This document shows, piece by piece, positions 9,796-19,341 of a stretch of 41,810 nt of DNA (within the stretch, counting starts at the first letter, position 1; every line of letters starts with the position of its first letter). Under the pieces are notes generated by a model. It made no database searches. It was not told the DNA's origin and saw only the letters and a list, made by a program, of their open reading frames with translations. Source of the DNA: Candidatus Planktophila sp. (GTDB taxonomy: Bacteria > Actinomycetota > Actinomycetes > Nanopelagicales > Nanopelagicaceae). The stretch is taken from assembly GCA_044342645.1 (NCBI GenBank), contig JBIIPL010000001.1:1-41810 (forward strand). The letters run 5' to 3'. The position numbers and the translations under genes are program-made.

Positions 9796-10329
9796 ATGAA
9801 TTCACATCAACTTCTCCGAGAAGAGATTATTAACAAGGCTGTTGTTCACGGCAAAGTCATCCTTTCTTCAGGAAAAGAAGCGGATTATTACGTTGATCTG
9901 CGCCGCGTGACCCTTGATCACGTTGCAGCCCCGCTGGTAGGCGAAGTTATGTTGGAGCTAACCAAAGATTTAGATTACGAGGCAGTAGGTGGCTTAACAC
10001 TTGGTGCAGACCCAGTTGCTACTGCGATGATGCATGTTGCAGCACGTAACGGAAAAGCAATCGATTCTTTTGTAGTTCGCAAGGCCGAGAAAGCTCACGG
10101 ATTGCAGCGCCGTATCGAAGGACCAGATGTTGTTGGCAAGCGCGTTTTAGCGGTTGAAGATACTTCTACGACTGGTGGATCAGTTTTAGCTGCGGTTGAA
10201 GCGTTGAAAGAAGCCGGTGCGATCGTTGTAGGCGTTGCAGTAATTGTGGAACGTGGTGCAAAGCAGGCAATTATTGATGCTGGTTATGAATACCGCGCAG
10301 CGTTTCAACCAGCAGATTTAGGTCTGTAA
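9796..10329 (+). CDS. pyrE: Orotate phosphoribosyltransferase
   Basis: LSSG..ADYYVDLR, VRK..K.HG, PRPP-binding VEDTSTTGGS. Confidence 0.96.
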   Translation: MNSHQLLREEIINKAVVHGKVILSSGKEADYYVDLRRVTLDHVAAPLVGEVMLELTKDLDYEAVGGLTLGADPVATAMMHVAARNGKAIDSFVVRKAEKAHGLQRRIEGPDVVGKRVLAVEDTSTTGGSVLAAVEALKEAGAIVVGVAVIVERGAKQAIIDAGYEYRAAFQPADLGL

Positions 10330-10348
10330 CCTTTAACTTCTGGAAGTA

Positions 10349-10999
10349 CTAACTCAAGTGGCGCTTAGTTCGCCATTCGCGCAAGATTTCCAGACCAACT
10401 GGCAGAACGCTTACAAAAATAACTAATCCAACAACTGGCAATAAGTATTTATCAACGCTGCCTTCGAGTTTTTCACCTAAGTAATAACCGGCGATAATTA
10501 ACCCATCGGTCCATAAAACCGCGCCAATGCAGTTCCAGAAGAAGAATTTCTTTGCAGGCATTCCGATGATTCCGCACATTGGATTTATCAAGGTGCGTAC
10601 AAAAGGAATAAAACGTGCCAGCACCAAAGCTTTGCCAGTGCCGTATTTATTTAGCCACTTTTCGGTCGCCTTTACTTTCTTCTGGTTAAAAACTCGACCG
10701 TCGGGGCGATCAAATAACTTCACGCCAAATTTAGCGCCAATGAAATATCCGGTCTGTGACCCAACGATCGCAACCAGCGGCGCACCGATCAGCAGCGCTG
10801 CAATATCGATCTGAACGCCATCGAAAATTTTTGCAGCCGCTCCAGATGCGCCGATACCTGCCAAAAAGAGCAGAGAGTCGCCCGGGAAGAAGAGCCCGAT
10901 GAGCAGCCCAGTTTCCATAAAGATGATCGCCAGGATGCCGACCAAACCAAGGGTGGAGATGATGGAATGGGCGTCGAAGAGGTTCACTGCAGTATTCAT
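10349..10999 (-). CDS. DedA/VTT-family membrane protein
   Basis: ETGLLIGLFFPGDSLLFLAG and ARFIPFVRT. Start moved to ATG 10999, which has TAACCT 7 nt upstream; the longer ORF-track start overlaps hppA. Confidence 0.92.
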   Translation of the reverse strand: MNTAVNLFDAHSIISTLGLVGILAIIFMETGLLIGLFFPGDSLLFLAGIGASGAAAKIFDGVQIDIAALLIGAPLVAIVGSQTGYFIGAKFGVKLFDRPDGRVFNQKKVKATEKWLNKYGTGKALVLARFIPFVRTLINPMCGIIGMPAKKFFFWNCIGAVLWTDGLIIAGYYLGEKLEGSVDKYLLPVVGLVIFVSVLPVGLEILREWRTKRHLS

Positions 11000-11166
11000 T
11001 GCGGCAAGGTTAGCCGACCAACCCGAGCAACCCCAGCGTAAAAATTTTATATATAAGAGGTATATCGCTCTAATTTTGGTGTTTAGGGGTGGGTTATGCG
11101 TAAACTCTCGCCATCTTAGCGTCCGCACTCGAAAGGACGCCCTGACTCTCCAACGGAGGAGAACCA

Positions 11167-13452
11167 ATGCGAGCATCTGCCGCCCTGTCCAATGTGCAAG
11201 TAACCGGCACAAACTTAAATATCACCTACGTGGTCCTAGCGATTTCACTTCTCGCACTCGCCATCGCCTGGGTCTTGCGTGCCCAAGTTTTGGCAGCCAG
11301 CGAAGGCACCGAGAAAATGCGCGAGATCGCCGAAGCTGTGCAAGAAGGAGCCGCCGCATACCTCGCGCGCCAGTTCCGCACACTTTCTTATTTTGTTGGA
11401 ATTGTTTTCTTCTTACTCTTCGCACTACCTGCTGATACAACTTCAATTCGTATCGGGCGCTCGCTCTTCTTCCTTATGGGTGCAGGATTTTCCGCACTCG
11501 TTGGTTACAACGGTATGTGGCTGGCAGTTCGCGCAAATGTGCGCGTTGCAGAAGCTGCTCGTCAAAAGAGTGCAGAAAAGGCAGTACAAATTGCCTTCCG
11601 CACAGGCGGCGTTGTCGGTATGACAACAGTTGGTCTTGGACTAATCGGTGCAGCCGGAGCAGTTGTTATCTTCCGTGAAAACGCACCAACAGTTCTTGAA
11701 GGTTTTGGTTTCGGTGCTGCAATGCTCGCGATGTTTATGCGCGTTGGCGGCGGAATCTTTACAAAGGCAGCAGATGTCGGAGCTGACCTCGTCGGTAAAG
11801 TTGAAAAAGGAATTCCTGAAGATGACCCACGCAACCCTGCAACAATTGCAGATAACGTCGGCGATAACGTCGGTGATTGTGCTGGTATGGCCGCTGACTT
11901 ATTCGAGTCATATGCAGTAACACTTGTTGCCGCACTTATCTTAGGTAAGGCCGCATTTGGTAATGAAGGTTTGATCTATCCATTGATCGTTCCTGCAATC
12001 GGAATTCTTACCGCAGTAATCGGTATTTTCCTCACCAAGATGCGCCCTACAGATAAGTCAGCAATGAATGCAATTAACCGTTCATTCTTCTTATCCGCAA
12101 TTATTTCTGCCGGCCTAACCGGTCTTGCAACATTTACTTACCTACCTGCAAAGTTTGATCAACTAACAAACTTCTCACCTAAGGTTCTTGCAGATGCTGG
12201 CAATATCAATCCACGAGTTCTCGCACTTGGCGCAGTATTAATCGGTATCGCACTTGCCGCTGCAATTCAGGTATTAACAGGCTTCTTCACTGAAGTTGGT
12301 AAGCGCCCAGTAAACGACGTTGCAGCATCATCACAAACAGGTGCCGCAACAGTACTTTTGGCTGGTATCTCAGTTGGTTTCGAATCAGCTGTTTACTCAG
12401 CACTTTTGATCGCAGCATCCGTGTTCGGTGCATTCTTGCTCGGTGGCGGTTCAATCACATTGTCACTCTTTGCAATCGCAATCGCAGGCACTGGTTTGCT
12501 AACAACTGTTGGCGTAATCGTTGCAATGGATACCTTCGGACCAATTTCTGATAACGCACAAGGCATCGCAGAAATGTCAGGCGATGTTAAGGGCGAAGGC
12601 GCACAGATCCTTACCTCACTCGATGCAGTTGGAAACACAACTAAAGCGATTACTAAGGGAATTGCAATCGCAACTGCAGTACTTGCCGCAACCGCATTGT
12701 TCGGTGCATTCACCGATGCAATCAAGGAAGCAGTCATCAAGGCTGTTGGTGAAGGCGCAGATGTCGCACTTCAATTCCAGGGCGTGCTCGATGTTGCAGA
12801 TCCTCGTAACCTCGTTGGTCTAATCATCGGCGCAGCAGTTGTATTCCTCTTCTCAGGTCTTGCAATCAACGCAGTTTCTCGCGCAGCAGGTGCTGTTGTT
12901 ATGGAAGTTCGTAACCAGTTCAAGTTGCACCCAGGAATTATGAAGGGAACTGAAAAGCCTGAATACGGTCGCGTTGTTGATATTTGTACTCGCGATTCAC
13001 TTCGCGAACTTGCAACACCAGGACTTCTTGCAGTTATGGCACCAATCGCAGTTGGCTTCGGTCTCGGCGTTGGCGCATTAGGTGCATACCTTGCTGGTGC
13101 AATCGGCACCGGAACTCTTATGGCTGTCTTCCTTTCAAACTCAGGCGGTGCTTGGGATAACGCGAAGAAGATGGTTGAAGATGGAAATTACGGCGGCAAG
13201 GGTTCAGATGCACACGCTGCAACAATTGTTGGCGACACTGTTGGAGATCCATTTAAGGACACAGCAGGCCCAGCAATTAACCCACTTATCAAGGTTATGA
13301 ACTTGGTTGGTCTCTTGATTACACCTGCAATTGTGAGTTTCGCACTTCCAACCCAGCAGAGCACATCAATGATCATCGCACTCGTAGCAGTTCTGCTTAT
13401 CGTCGGTTCGCTAATTCGCAGCCGTCGCCAAGCAACTTCTATCGAGTACTAA
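11167..13452 (+). CDS. hppA: Membrane-bound ion-translocating pyrophosphatase, K+-independent H+-PPase type
   Basis: GGGIFTKAADVGADLVGKVE, DNVGDNVGD, GNTTKA, GDTVGDPFKDTAGP; SD GGAGG. Confidence 0.96.
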   Translation: MRASAALSNVQVTGTNLNITYVVLAISLLALAIAWVLRAQVLAASEGTEKMREIAEAVQEGAAAYLARQFRTLSYFVGIVFFLLFALPADTTSIRIGRSLFFLMGAGFSALVGYNGMWLAVRANVRVAEAARQKSAEKAVQIAFRTGGVVGMTTVGLGLIGAAGAVVIFRENAPTVLEGFGFGAAMLAMFMRVGGGIFTKAADVGADLVGKVEKGIPEDDPRNPATIADNVGDNVGDCAGMAADLFESYAVTLVAALILGKAAFGNEGLIYPLIVPAIGILTAVIGIFLTKMRPTDKSAMNAINRSFFLSAIISAGLTGLATFTYLPAKFDQLTNFSPKVLADAGNINPRVLALGAVLIGIALAAAIQVLTGFFTEVGKRPVNDVAASSQTGAATVLLAGISVGFESAVYSALLIAASVFGAFLLGGGSITLSLFAIAIAGTGLLTTVGVIVAMDTFGPISDNAQGIAEMSGDVKGEGAQILTSLDAVGNTTKAITKGIAIATAVLAATALFGAFTDAIKEAVIKAVGEGADVALQFQGVLDVADPRNLVGLIIGAAVVFLFSGLAINAVSRAAGAVVMEVRNQFKLHPGIMKGTEKPEYGRVVDICTRDSLRELATPGLLAVMAPIAVGFGLGVGALGAYLAGAIGTGTLMAVFLSNSGGAWDNAKKMVEDGNYGGKGSDAHAATIVGDTVGDPFKDTAGPAINPLIKVMNLVGLLITPAIVSFALPTQQSTSMIIALVAVLLIVGSLIRSRRQATSIEY

Positions 13453-13481
13453 GAAAATAACTTCCCCGATCTTAGGAAACG

Positions 13482-16268
13482 ATGCCAGATAAAAAACATG
13501 CTGGAGAACTAAAGAAACTGGTGATCGTTGAATCACCGGCGAAAGCGCGCAAGATTGGCGACTACCTCGGCGATGGTTTCATCGTCGAGGCTAGCGTCGG
13601 TCATATCCGCGACTTGCCACAGCGCGCAGCTGATATTCCTAAAGATGTTAAAAAACTTGCCTGGTCAAAAGAAGGCGTCGATATCGAAAATGATTTCGCA
13701 CCTTTATATGTCATCAACCCCGATAAGAAAGCAAAAGTCGCTGAACTTAAAGAGTTGATGAAAGGCGCCGACGAGTTATTACTGGCAACAGATGAAGACC
13801 GCGAAGGCGAAGCTATTGCCTGGCACTTAGTTGAAGTTCTTGAACCAAAGATCCCAATTAAGCGAATGGTCTTTAACGAGATCACTAAAGAAGCGATCCA
13901 GGCAGCGGTCATGAATACCCGCGATTTGGATTACAACTTAATTGATGCGCAAGAAACCCGTCGCGTTCTCGATCGCCTTTTCGGCTACAGACTTTCACCA
14001 GTACTTTGGAAGAAAGTTATGCCGCGAATTTCCGCCGGCCGCGTGCAATCTGTTGCGACCAAGTTAATCGTTGAAAAAGAGCGCGAACGCATGGCTTTCA
14101 TTTCATCTTCTTGGTGGGATCTAAATGCAACTTGCGATCTTGGCTTCACCGCACGCTTGCTTTCGGTTGAAGGCAAGAAAGTAGCCTCCACCAGCGACTT
14201 TGGGGCAGACGGCGCAGTTAAAGAAAAGTCACTTGAAAACATTCTGCTTCTTGATGAAACCAGCGCACGCGCACTTGTTGATTCACTTAAATCAACTCCG
14301 CTCACCGTTAAATCAATGGAGGAGTCTCCACGTACCGAGCGTCCTAAACCACCATTTACAACATCGACTATGCAACAAGATGCTGGTTCAAGACTTGGTT
14401 GGGGCGCACAAATCACAATGCGCGTTGCACAGCGCTTGTACGAAAACGGTTACATCACTTATATGCGTACTGATTCAATCAATCTTTCTGCACAAGCAAT
14501 CAATGCAGCGCGTGCTGCCGCGAAATCACTTTATGGCGCAGACCATGTGGCCGATGCACCACGTGTTTATCAAGGAAAGTCTAAGAATGCACAAGAAGCC
14601 CACGAGGCGATTCGTCCCGCCGGTGATTCATTTAAAACACCAGGTGAATTAGCACCCGAACTCTCTCGCGATGAATTCGCACTCTACGATCTAATCTGGA
14701 AGCGCACTGTTGCTTCCCAAATGGCAGATGCTAAAAAGATGCAGATGCGCGTTGATTTTGATGCCACCACATCAGATAAGAAAGCCACAATCTTTCGCGC
14801 AAACGGCAGCGTAATCACCTTTCCTGGCTTCTTGGCTGCATACGATGACATCGTCGATGAAAACGCCAAAGTCGATGAAGAAGCATCTGATAAGCGCCTT
14901 CCCGCAATGACAGTCGGCCAATCAATCAAGGTCAGCGAATATAACTGTGAAGGCCACGACACCAAGCCACCTGCGCGTTACACCGAACCAACACTTGTAA
15001 AGAAGTTGGAAGAACTCGGTATCGGTCGCCCCTCAACATTTGCATCTATCATTCAGACAATTCAAGACCGTGGCTACGTTTACAAGCGTGGTCGCGCACT
15101 TGTGCCAACCTTCTTGGCATTTTCTGTGACAGGCCTATTAGAAACTCACTTTACAAAGTTAGTTGATTACGACTTCACCGCTTCAATGGAAGAAGATCTC
15201 GACAAGATCGCAGCCGGTGAAGCTGGCCGCGTTGATTGGCTCCGCGATTTCTATTACGGCATCGATGGCCAACCAGGCCTTAACGAGCTCTCCCTTGATC
15301 TCGGCGGCATCGATGCGCGCGCAACCAACACAATGAACTTATCTGACACGATCGAAATCCGCGTTGGTCGTTACGGCGCCTATCTTCAAGAAAATATTCC
15401 AGACCAAGACCGCAAACTCGCAAATATCCCCGAAGAACTCGCACCCGATGAGTTAACTCTTGCCAAAGCGATTGAGCTACTTGCAGCACCTTCTGGTGAG
15501 CGCGAACTCGGCACAGATCCACAAACCGGTTTAGAAGTTATCGCTAAGTCCGGACGCTTTGGTCCTTACATCACCGAAGTATTTCCACCAGAACCAGTTG
15601 AACTTGACGATAAAGGTGAACCAAAGAAGAAGCGTAAAAAGAAAGATGCACCTAAACCAAAGACTGCATCACTTCTTTCCACAATGACTCTGGATACCAT
15701 CACAATTGATGATGCGTTAAGACTGCTTTCACTTCCGCGCATCCTCGGCACAAATTCAGCTGGTGAAGATATAACTATTCAAAATGGACGCTACGGCCCA
15801 TACTTAAAAGCTGGCCTAGATTCACGAACGCTGACAAGTGAAGATCAACTCTTCTCACTCTCACTCGATGAAGCACTTGAAATTTACTCAAAGCCAAAAG
15901 AGCGTCGTCGTGGTGTTGCCAAACCTCCACTAAAGGAACTCGGTAAAGATCCAGCAACCGAGAAAGAAGTTATTGTTAAAGACGGTCGATTTGGTATGTA
16001 TGTCACCGATGGTGAAACCAATGCAACACTTCGCCGCGGCGACACCCTCGAAGCACTAACTATCGAACGCGCCCTTGAACTTCTGGCTGGCCGCCGCGCG
16101 TGGGAGGCCGAAAACGGCCCTTCACCCAAGAAATCAAAGAAGAAGGCTGCAAAAGTTAAGGCTGGGGATAGCGCACCATCGCTTACAAAGAATACGATTA
16201 AGAAGGCAGCAACAAAGAAGAAGGCCGCTAAAAAAGCTACTGGCAAAGCTGCAAAGAAATCGGAATAG
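13482..16268 (+). CDS. topA: DNA topoisomerase I (actinobacterial type)
   Basis: IVESPAKA, DEDREGE, SAGRVQS, ITYMRTD, GIGRPST; C-terminal GR(Y/F)GPY repeats instead of Zn fingers; Lys/Ala-rich tail. Confidence 0.98.
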   Translation: MPDKKHAGELKKLVIVESPAKARKIGDYLGDGFIVEASVGHIRDLPQRAADIPKDVKKLAWSKEGVDIENDFAPLYVINPDKKAKVAELKELMKGADELLLATDEDREGEAIAWHLVEVLEPKIPIKRMVFNEITKEAIQAAVMNTRDLDYNLIDAQETRRVLDRLFGYRLSPVLWKKVMPRISAGRVQSVATKLIVEKERERMAFISSSWWDLNATCDLGFTARLLSVEGKKVASTSDFGADGAVKEKSLENILLLDETSARALVDSLKSTPLTVKSMEESPRTERPKPPFTTSTMQQDAGSRLGWGAQITMRVAQRLYENGYITYMRTDSINLSAQAINAARAAAKSLYGADHVADAPRVYQGKSKNAQEAHEAIRPAGDSFKTPGELAPELSRDEFALYDLIWKRTVASQMADAKKMQMRVDFDATTSDKKATIFRANGSVITFPGFLAAYDDIVDENAKVDEEASDKRLPAMTVGQSIKVSEYNCEGHDTKPPARYTEPTLVKKLEELGIGRPSTFASIIQTIQDRGYVYKRGRALVPTFLAFSVTGLLETHFTKLVDYDFTASMEEDLDKIAAGEAGRVDWLRDFYYGIDGQPGLNELSLDLGGIDARATNTMNLSDTIEIRVGRYGAYLQENIPDQDRKLANIPEELAPDELTLAKAIELLAAPSGERELGTDPQTGLEVIAKSGRFGPYITEVFPPEPVELDDKGEPKKKRKKKDAPKPKTASLLSTMTLDTITIDDALRLLSLPRILGTNSAGEDITIQNGRYGPYLKAGLDSRTLTSEDQLFSLSLDEALEIYSKPKERRRGVAKPPLKELGKDPATEKEVIVKDGRFGMYVTDGETNATLRRGDTLEALTIERALELLAGRRAWEAENGPSPKKSKKKAAKVKAGDSAPSLTKNTIKKAATKKKAAKKATGKAAKKSE
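16127..16265 (+). repeat. Low-complexity KKAA/KKK repeats in the TopA tail
   Basis: KKSKKKAAK...KKAATKKKAAKKATGKAAKK, encoded by repeated aagaaggc-like units. Confidence 0.8.
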
Positions 16269-16277
16269 AGTAAAACT

Positions 16278-17246
16278 ATGTCTCGCGAAACTTGGCTAAT
16301 CACAGGCGGTGCGGGATATATCGGCACACACGTTGCTGACCTTTTCATCACTAATGGCAAAGACGTTGTCTTGCTCGATTCACTTTATCAAGGCCTTGAA
16401 TCGCGAGTAATTTACTTACGCAAGAAACATAACCAGGAGATTCCGCTACACGTGGTTGATATTCGAGATTACACCGCTGTCGAAAATATTTTAAAGAGCC
16501 AAGCCTTTACTGGCATTGTGCACACAGCCGCTCTGAAAGCAGTTGGCGAATCAGTAGAAAAACCGGATGAGTACAAGGAAGTCAATTACACAGCCACCAC
16601 CGAACTCTTATCTCTTGCCCAAAAGCATGGCGTGACGAAATTTTTATTCTCATCAACTGCCGCGGTTTATGGAAGTCCAGACACTATGGAGCCTTGTAAA
16701 GAAAATGGTCCACTTTCACCAATATCTCCATACGGATCTACAAAGTTAGATGCCGAAAGCAAAGTAACCGCATTTATAAATACGCCTGGCAATTCTGGAT
16801 CATCATTTCGCTTCTTCAACGTCGTAGGCGCCGCATCTCTTGAACTGCTCGATAACTCTGTCGAGAACTTGGTACCAATTGTTTTAGGTAAGTTAAATAA
16901 AGGCGAAGCACCAGTTATCTTCGGTATCGATTATTTAACGACTGACGGCACTTGTGTGCGCGATTATGTCGATGTTCGCGATATCGCAGCAGCACACCTG
17001 GTCGCAGCTAATGCCACAAAACCAATTCCAGCAATTATCAACGTTGGCACAGGCCGCGGGGCATCGGTGCGCGAGATCATTAACTTGGTACTAGATGCCA
17101 CAAATAAGAGTGATACCGAAGTTATTGAGGCTCCACGTCGTGCCGGAGATCCAGCATTTCTTTGTGCAGATGTTGAACTGGCTGCAAAAGAGATGGGCTT
17201 TAAATCCAAATACAGCCTTGAAGAAAGTATCCGCAGCCTCTTTTAG
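16278..17246 (+). CDS. galE: UDP-glucose 4-epimerase
   Basis: TGGAGYIG, KAVGES, FSSTAAVYG, YGSTK, DGTCVRDYVDV, RRAGDP. Confidence 0.9.
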   Translation: MSRETWLITGGAGYIGTHVADLFITNGKDVVLLDSLYQGLESRVIYLRKKHNQEIPLHVVDIRDYTAVENILKSQAFTGIVHTAALKAVGESVEKPDEYKEVNYTATTELLSLAQKHGVTKFLFSSTAAVYGSPDTMEPCKENGPLSPISPYGSTKLDAESKVTAFINTPGNSGSSFRFFNVVGAASLELLDNSVENLVPIVLGKLNKGEAPVIFGIDYLTTDGTCVRDYVDVRDIAAAHLVAANATKPIPAIINVGTGRGASVREIINLVLDATNKSDTEVIEAPRRAGDPAFLCADVELAAKEMGFKSKYSLEESIRSLF

Positions 17247-17277
17247 GCTCTTTCTCTGCGCCCGATAGACTTAATTC

Positions 17278-19341
17278 ATGCCGAATAGCTTGCCGACCCC
17301 TGCCGCCCCGGCGCAGGATGAAACCCGCAGCGTTCTGGCGATCCCCGCATTTCGCAAGCTCTGGAACTCCATGGTCTTCTCTTCCCTCGGTGATTGGCTC
17401 GGACTTCTAGCAACAACAGCACTGGCCCAAAAACTTTCCGGTGGATCTTATGCAACTGCAAACTTCGCAATCGCCGGTGTCTTCATCGCACGCTTGCTGC
17501 CCGCAGTCTTTCTCGGCCCTATCGCAGGCGTTATTGCCGATCGCTTTGATCGCCGCAAATTAATGGTTGTCTCTGACATCTTGCGCGCCGCACTTTATAT
17601 CTCTATCCCTTTGGTAAATACATATCTCTGGCTTTACACCGCAATGATCTTGGTCGAATGTTTAACGCTCTTCTGGTCACCAGCCAAGGAAGCAACGGTT
17701 CCAAATTTAGTTGGTAAAGAACGCCTCGAAAGTGCCAACCAAGTCTCACTCTTAGCCGCATACGGCACCGCACCGATCGCAGCAATATTATTCTCACTGC
17801 TCACCTTATTTGCCAACGCCATCGAATCACTCTTTCCATTTACTATCGGTGATTCAATTGATATTGCACTCTATGTAAACGCGGCCAGCTTCGCTTTTGC
17901 CGCAATTACCATTTGGGGACTTAAAGAAATTCCAAAGGGTGCGGCAGCCAAGAAAGCAAAAGATGAAGGCGTCTTAAAATCACTTCACGATGGTTGGAAA
18001 GCAGTTAGCCAAACCAAAATTGTGCGCGGCCTTGTGGTCGGAATGATCGGCGCTTTCTTTGCCGCAGGTGCGGTTATTGGCCTTGCTCGCACATTTGTAG
18101 GCGATCTCGGTGGCGGTGATGCGGCATATGGTGTTTTATTCGGCGCAGTCTTTACCGGCCTTGCCATCGGCATTGCATTTGGCCCAAAGATATTTGCGCA
18201 ATTTTCCCGCCGCCGTTTATTTGGCGCATCGCTGACAACAGCAGGTTTCTTCCTGGTTTTACTTGCAATTATTCCTAACCTTGTAATGGCAGTTTTCACC
18301 GTAATAATCCTTGGCATGTTCAGCGGCGTCACTTGGGTAACCGGCTTCACCATGCTCGGAATGGAAGTTCAAGATGAAGTACGCGGGCGCACTTTCGCCT
18401 TCGTGCAATCCTTGATCCGCATCACTTTGGTGGCAGTTCTTGCGATCGCACCAGTAGTCGCCGCAGCCTTTGGTGTTCACACCATTAACTTTGAAAACGG
18501 CAGCATCAACTTCAACGGCGCCCAAGCAACAATTCTTATCGCAGGTGTGATCGCATCGATCATTGGTTCAATCTCGTATCACCAGATGAAAGATCGCCCA
18601 AATGTTTCTCTCTGGTCAGATATTTCAAATGCACTAAAAGGTGAACTCGGTGGCATCACTGGTGCGCCAACTGTCGGCACCTTCATCGCATTTGAAGGCG
18701 GCGAAGGCACCGGCAAATCAACGCAATCAAAGTTGCTTAAGAAATGGTTAGAAGATCGCGGTGAAACTGTGGTTCTCTCGCGCGAACCTGGCGGAACAAA
18801 TTTAGGTCAAGGCTTGCGCAAGATTTTGCTCGGACACGAAACTGGAGAGATCAGCCCACGCGCCGAAGCTTTACTTTATGCCGCAGATCGCGCCCACCAT
18901 GTTTACTCAGTCATTCGTCCGGCACTTGCAAAAGGTGAAGTTGTAATTTCAGATCGTTACTTTGATTCATCAATTGCCTACCAAGGCGCTGGTCGCGTTC
19001 TATCCCCCGGTGAAGTCGCCCGCATTTCACGTTGGGCAACCGAATCTTTATTTCCAACGTTGACCATTGTGATCGATCTTTCTGCGGAAACTGGCATCGG
19101 CCGCTTAAAGAGCCACGATCGATTAGAAGCAGAACCGCTAGCTTTTCACGAGCGCGTGCGCCAAGAGTTCTTACAGATCGCACGCCTTGATCCCGAACGT
19201 TATTTAGTTGTCGATGGCACGCAATCAATCGAAGAAATCCATCAAGAGATCATCAACCGCGTTGCCGCACTTCCTGCAATTTCTCACATCGTTAAGACAC
19301 CAAAGATGAAATCTCCAAAGAAATTGCTAAAGAAGAAATGA
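17278..19341 (+). CDS. tmk: MFS transporter-thymidylate kinase fusion
   Basis: About 440 aa of multi-TM MFS domain (G.IADRFDRRK motif A), followed in frame by dTMP kinase (FEGGEGTGKST, REPGGT, DRY..SSIAYQG). Confidence 0.92.
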   Translation: MPNSLPTPAAPAQDETRSVLAIPAFRKLWNSMVFSSLGDWLGLLATTALAQKLSGGSYATANFAIAGVFIARLLPAVFLGPIAGVIADRFDRRKLMVVSDILRAALYISIPLVNTYLWLYTAMILVECLTLFWSPAKEATVPNLVGKERLESANQVSLLAAYGTAPIAAILFSLLTLFANAIESLFPFTIGDSIDIALYVNAASFAFAAITIWGLKEIPKGAAAKKAKDEGVLKSLHDGWKAVSQTKIVRGLVVGMIGAFFAAGAVIGLARTFVGDLGGGDAAYGVLFGAVFTGLAIGIAFGPKIFAQFSRRRLFGASLTTAGFFLVLLAIIPNLVMAVFTVIILGMFSGVTWVTGFTMLGMEVQDEVRGRTFAFVQSLIRITLVAVLAIAPVVAAAFGVHTINFENGSINFNGAQATILIAGVIASIIGSISYHQMKDRPNVSLWSDISNALKGELGGITGAPTVGTFIAFEGGEGTGKSTQSKLLKKWLEDRGETVVLSREPGGTNLGQGLRKILLGHETGEISPRAEALLYAADRAHHVYSVIRPALAKGEVVISDRYFDSSIAYQGAGRVLSPGEVARISRWATESLFPTLTIVIDLSAETGIGRLKSHDRLEAEPLAFHERVRQEFLQIARLDPERYLVVDGTQSIEEIHQEIINRVAALPAISHIVKTPKMKSPKKLLKKK

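Noticed and set aside
10899-11435. 178-aa + ORF and the N-terminal extension of DedA to 11212
   Set aside because: Both overlap dedA and hppA and cross their promoter region; no recognisable motif.
17235-17258. Possible terminator AGCCT-ctttt-AGGCT after galE; also ACTTC-tg-GAAGT after pyrE
   Set aside because: Only 5-bp stems with weak or absent U-tracts; insufficient support.
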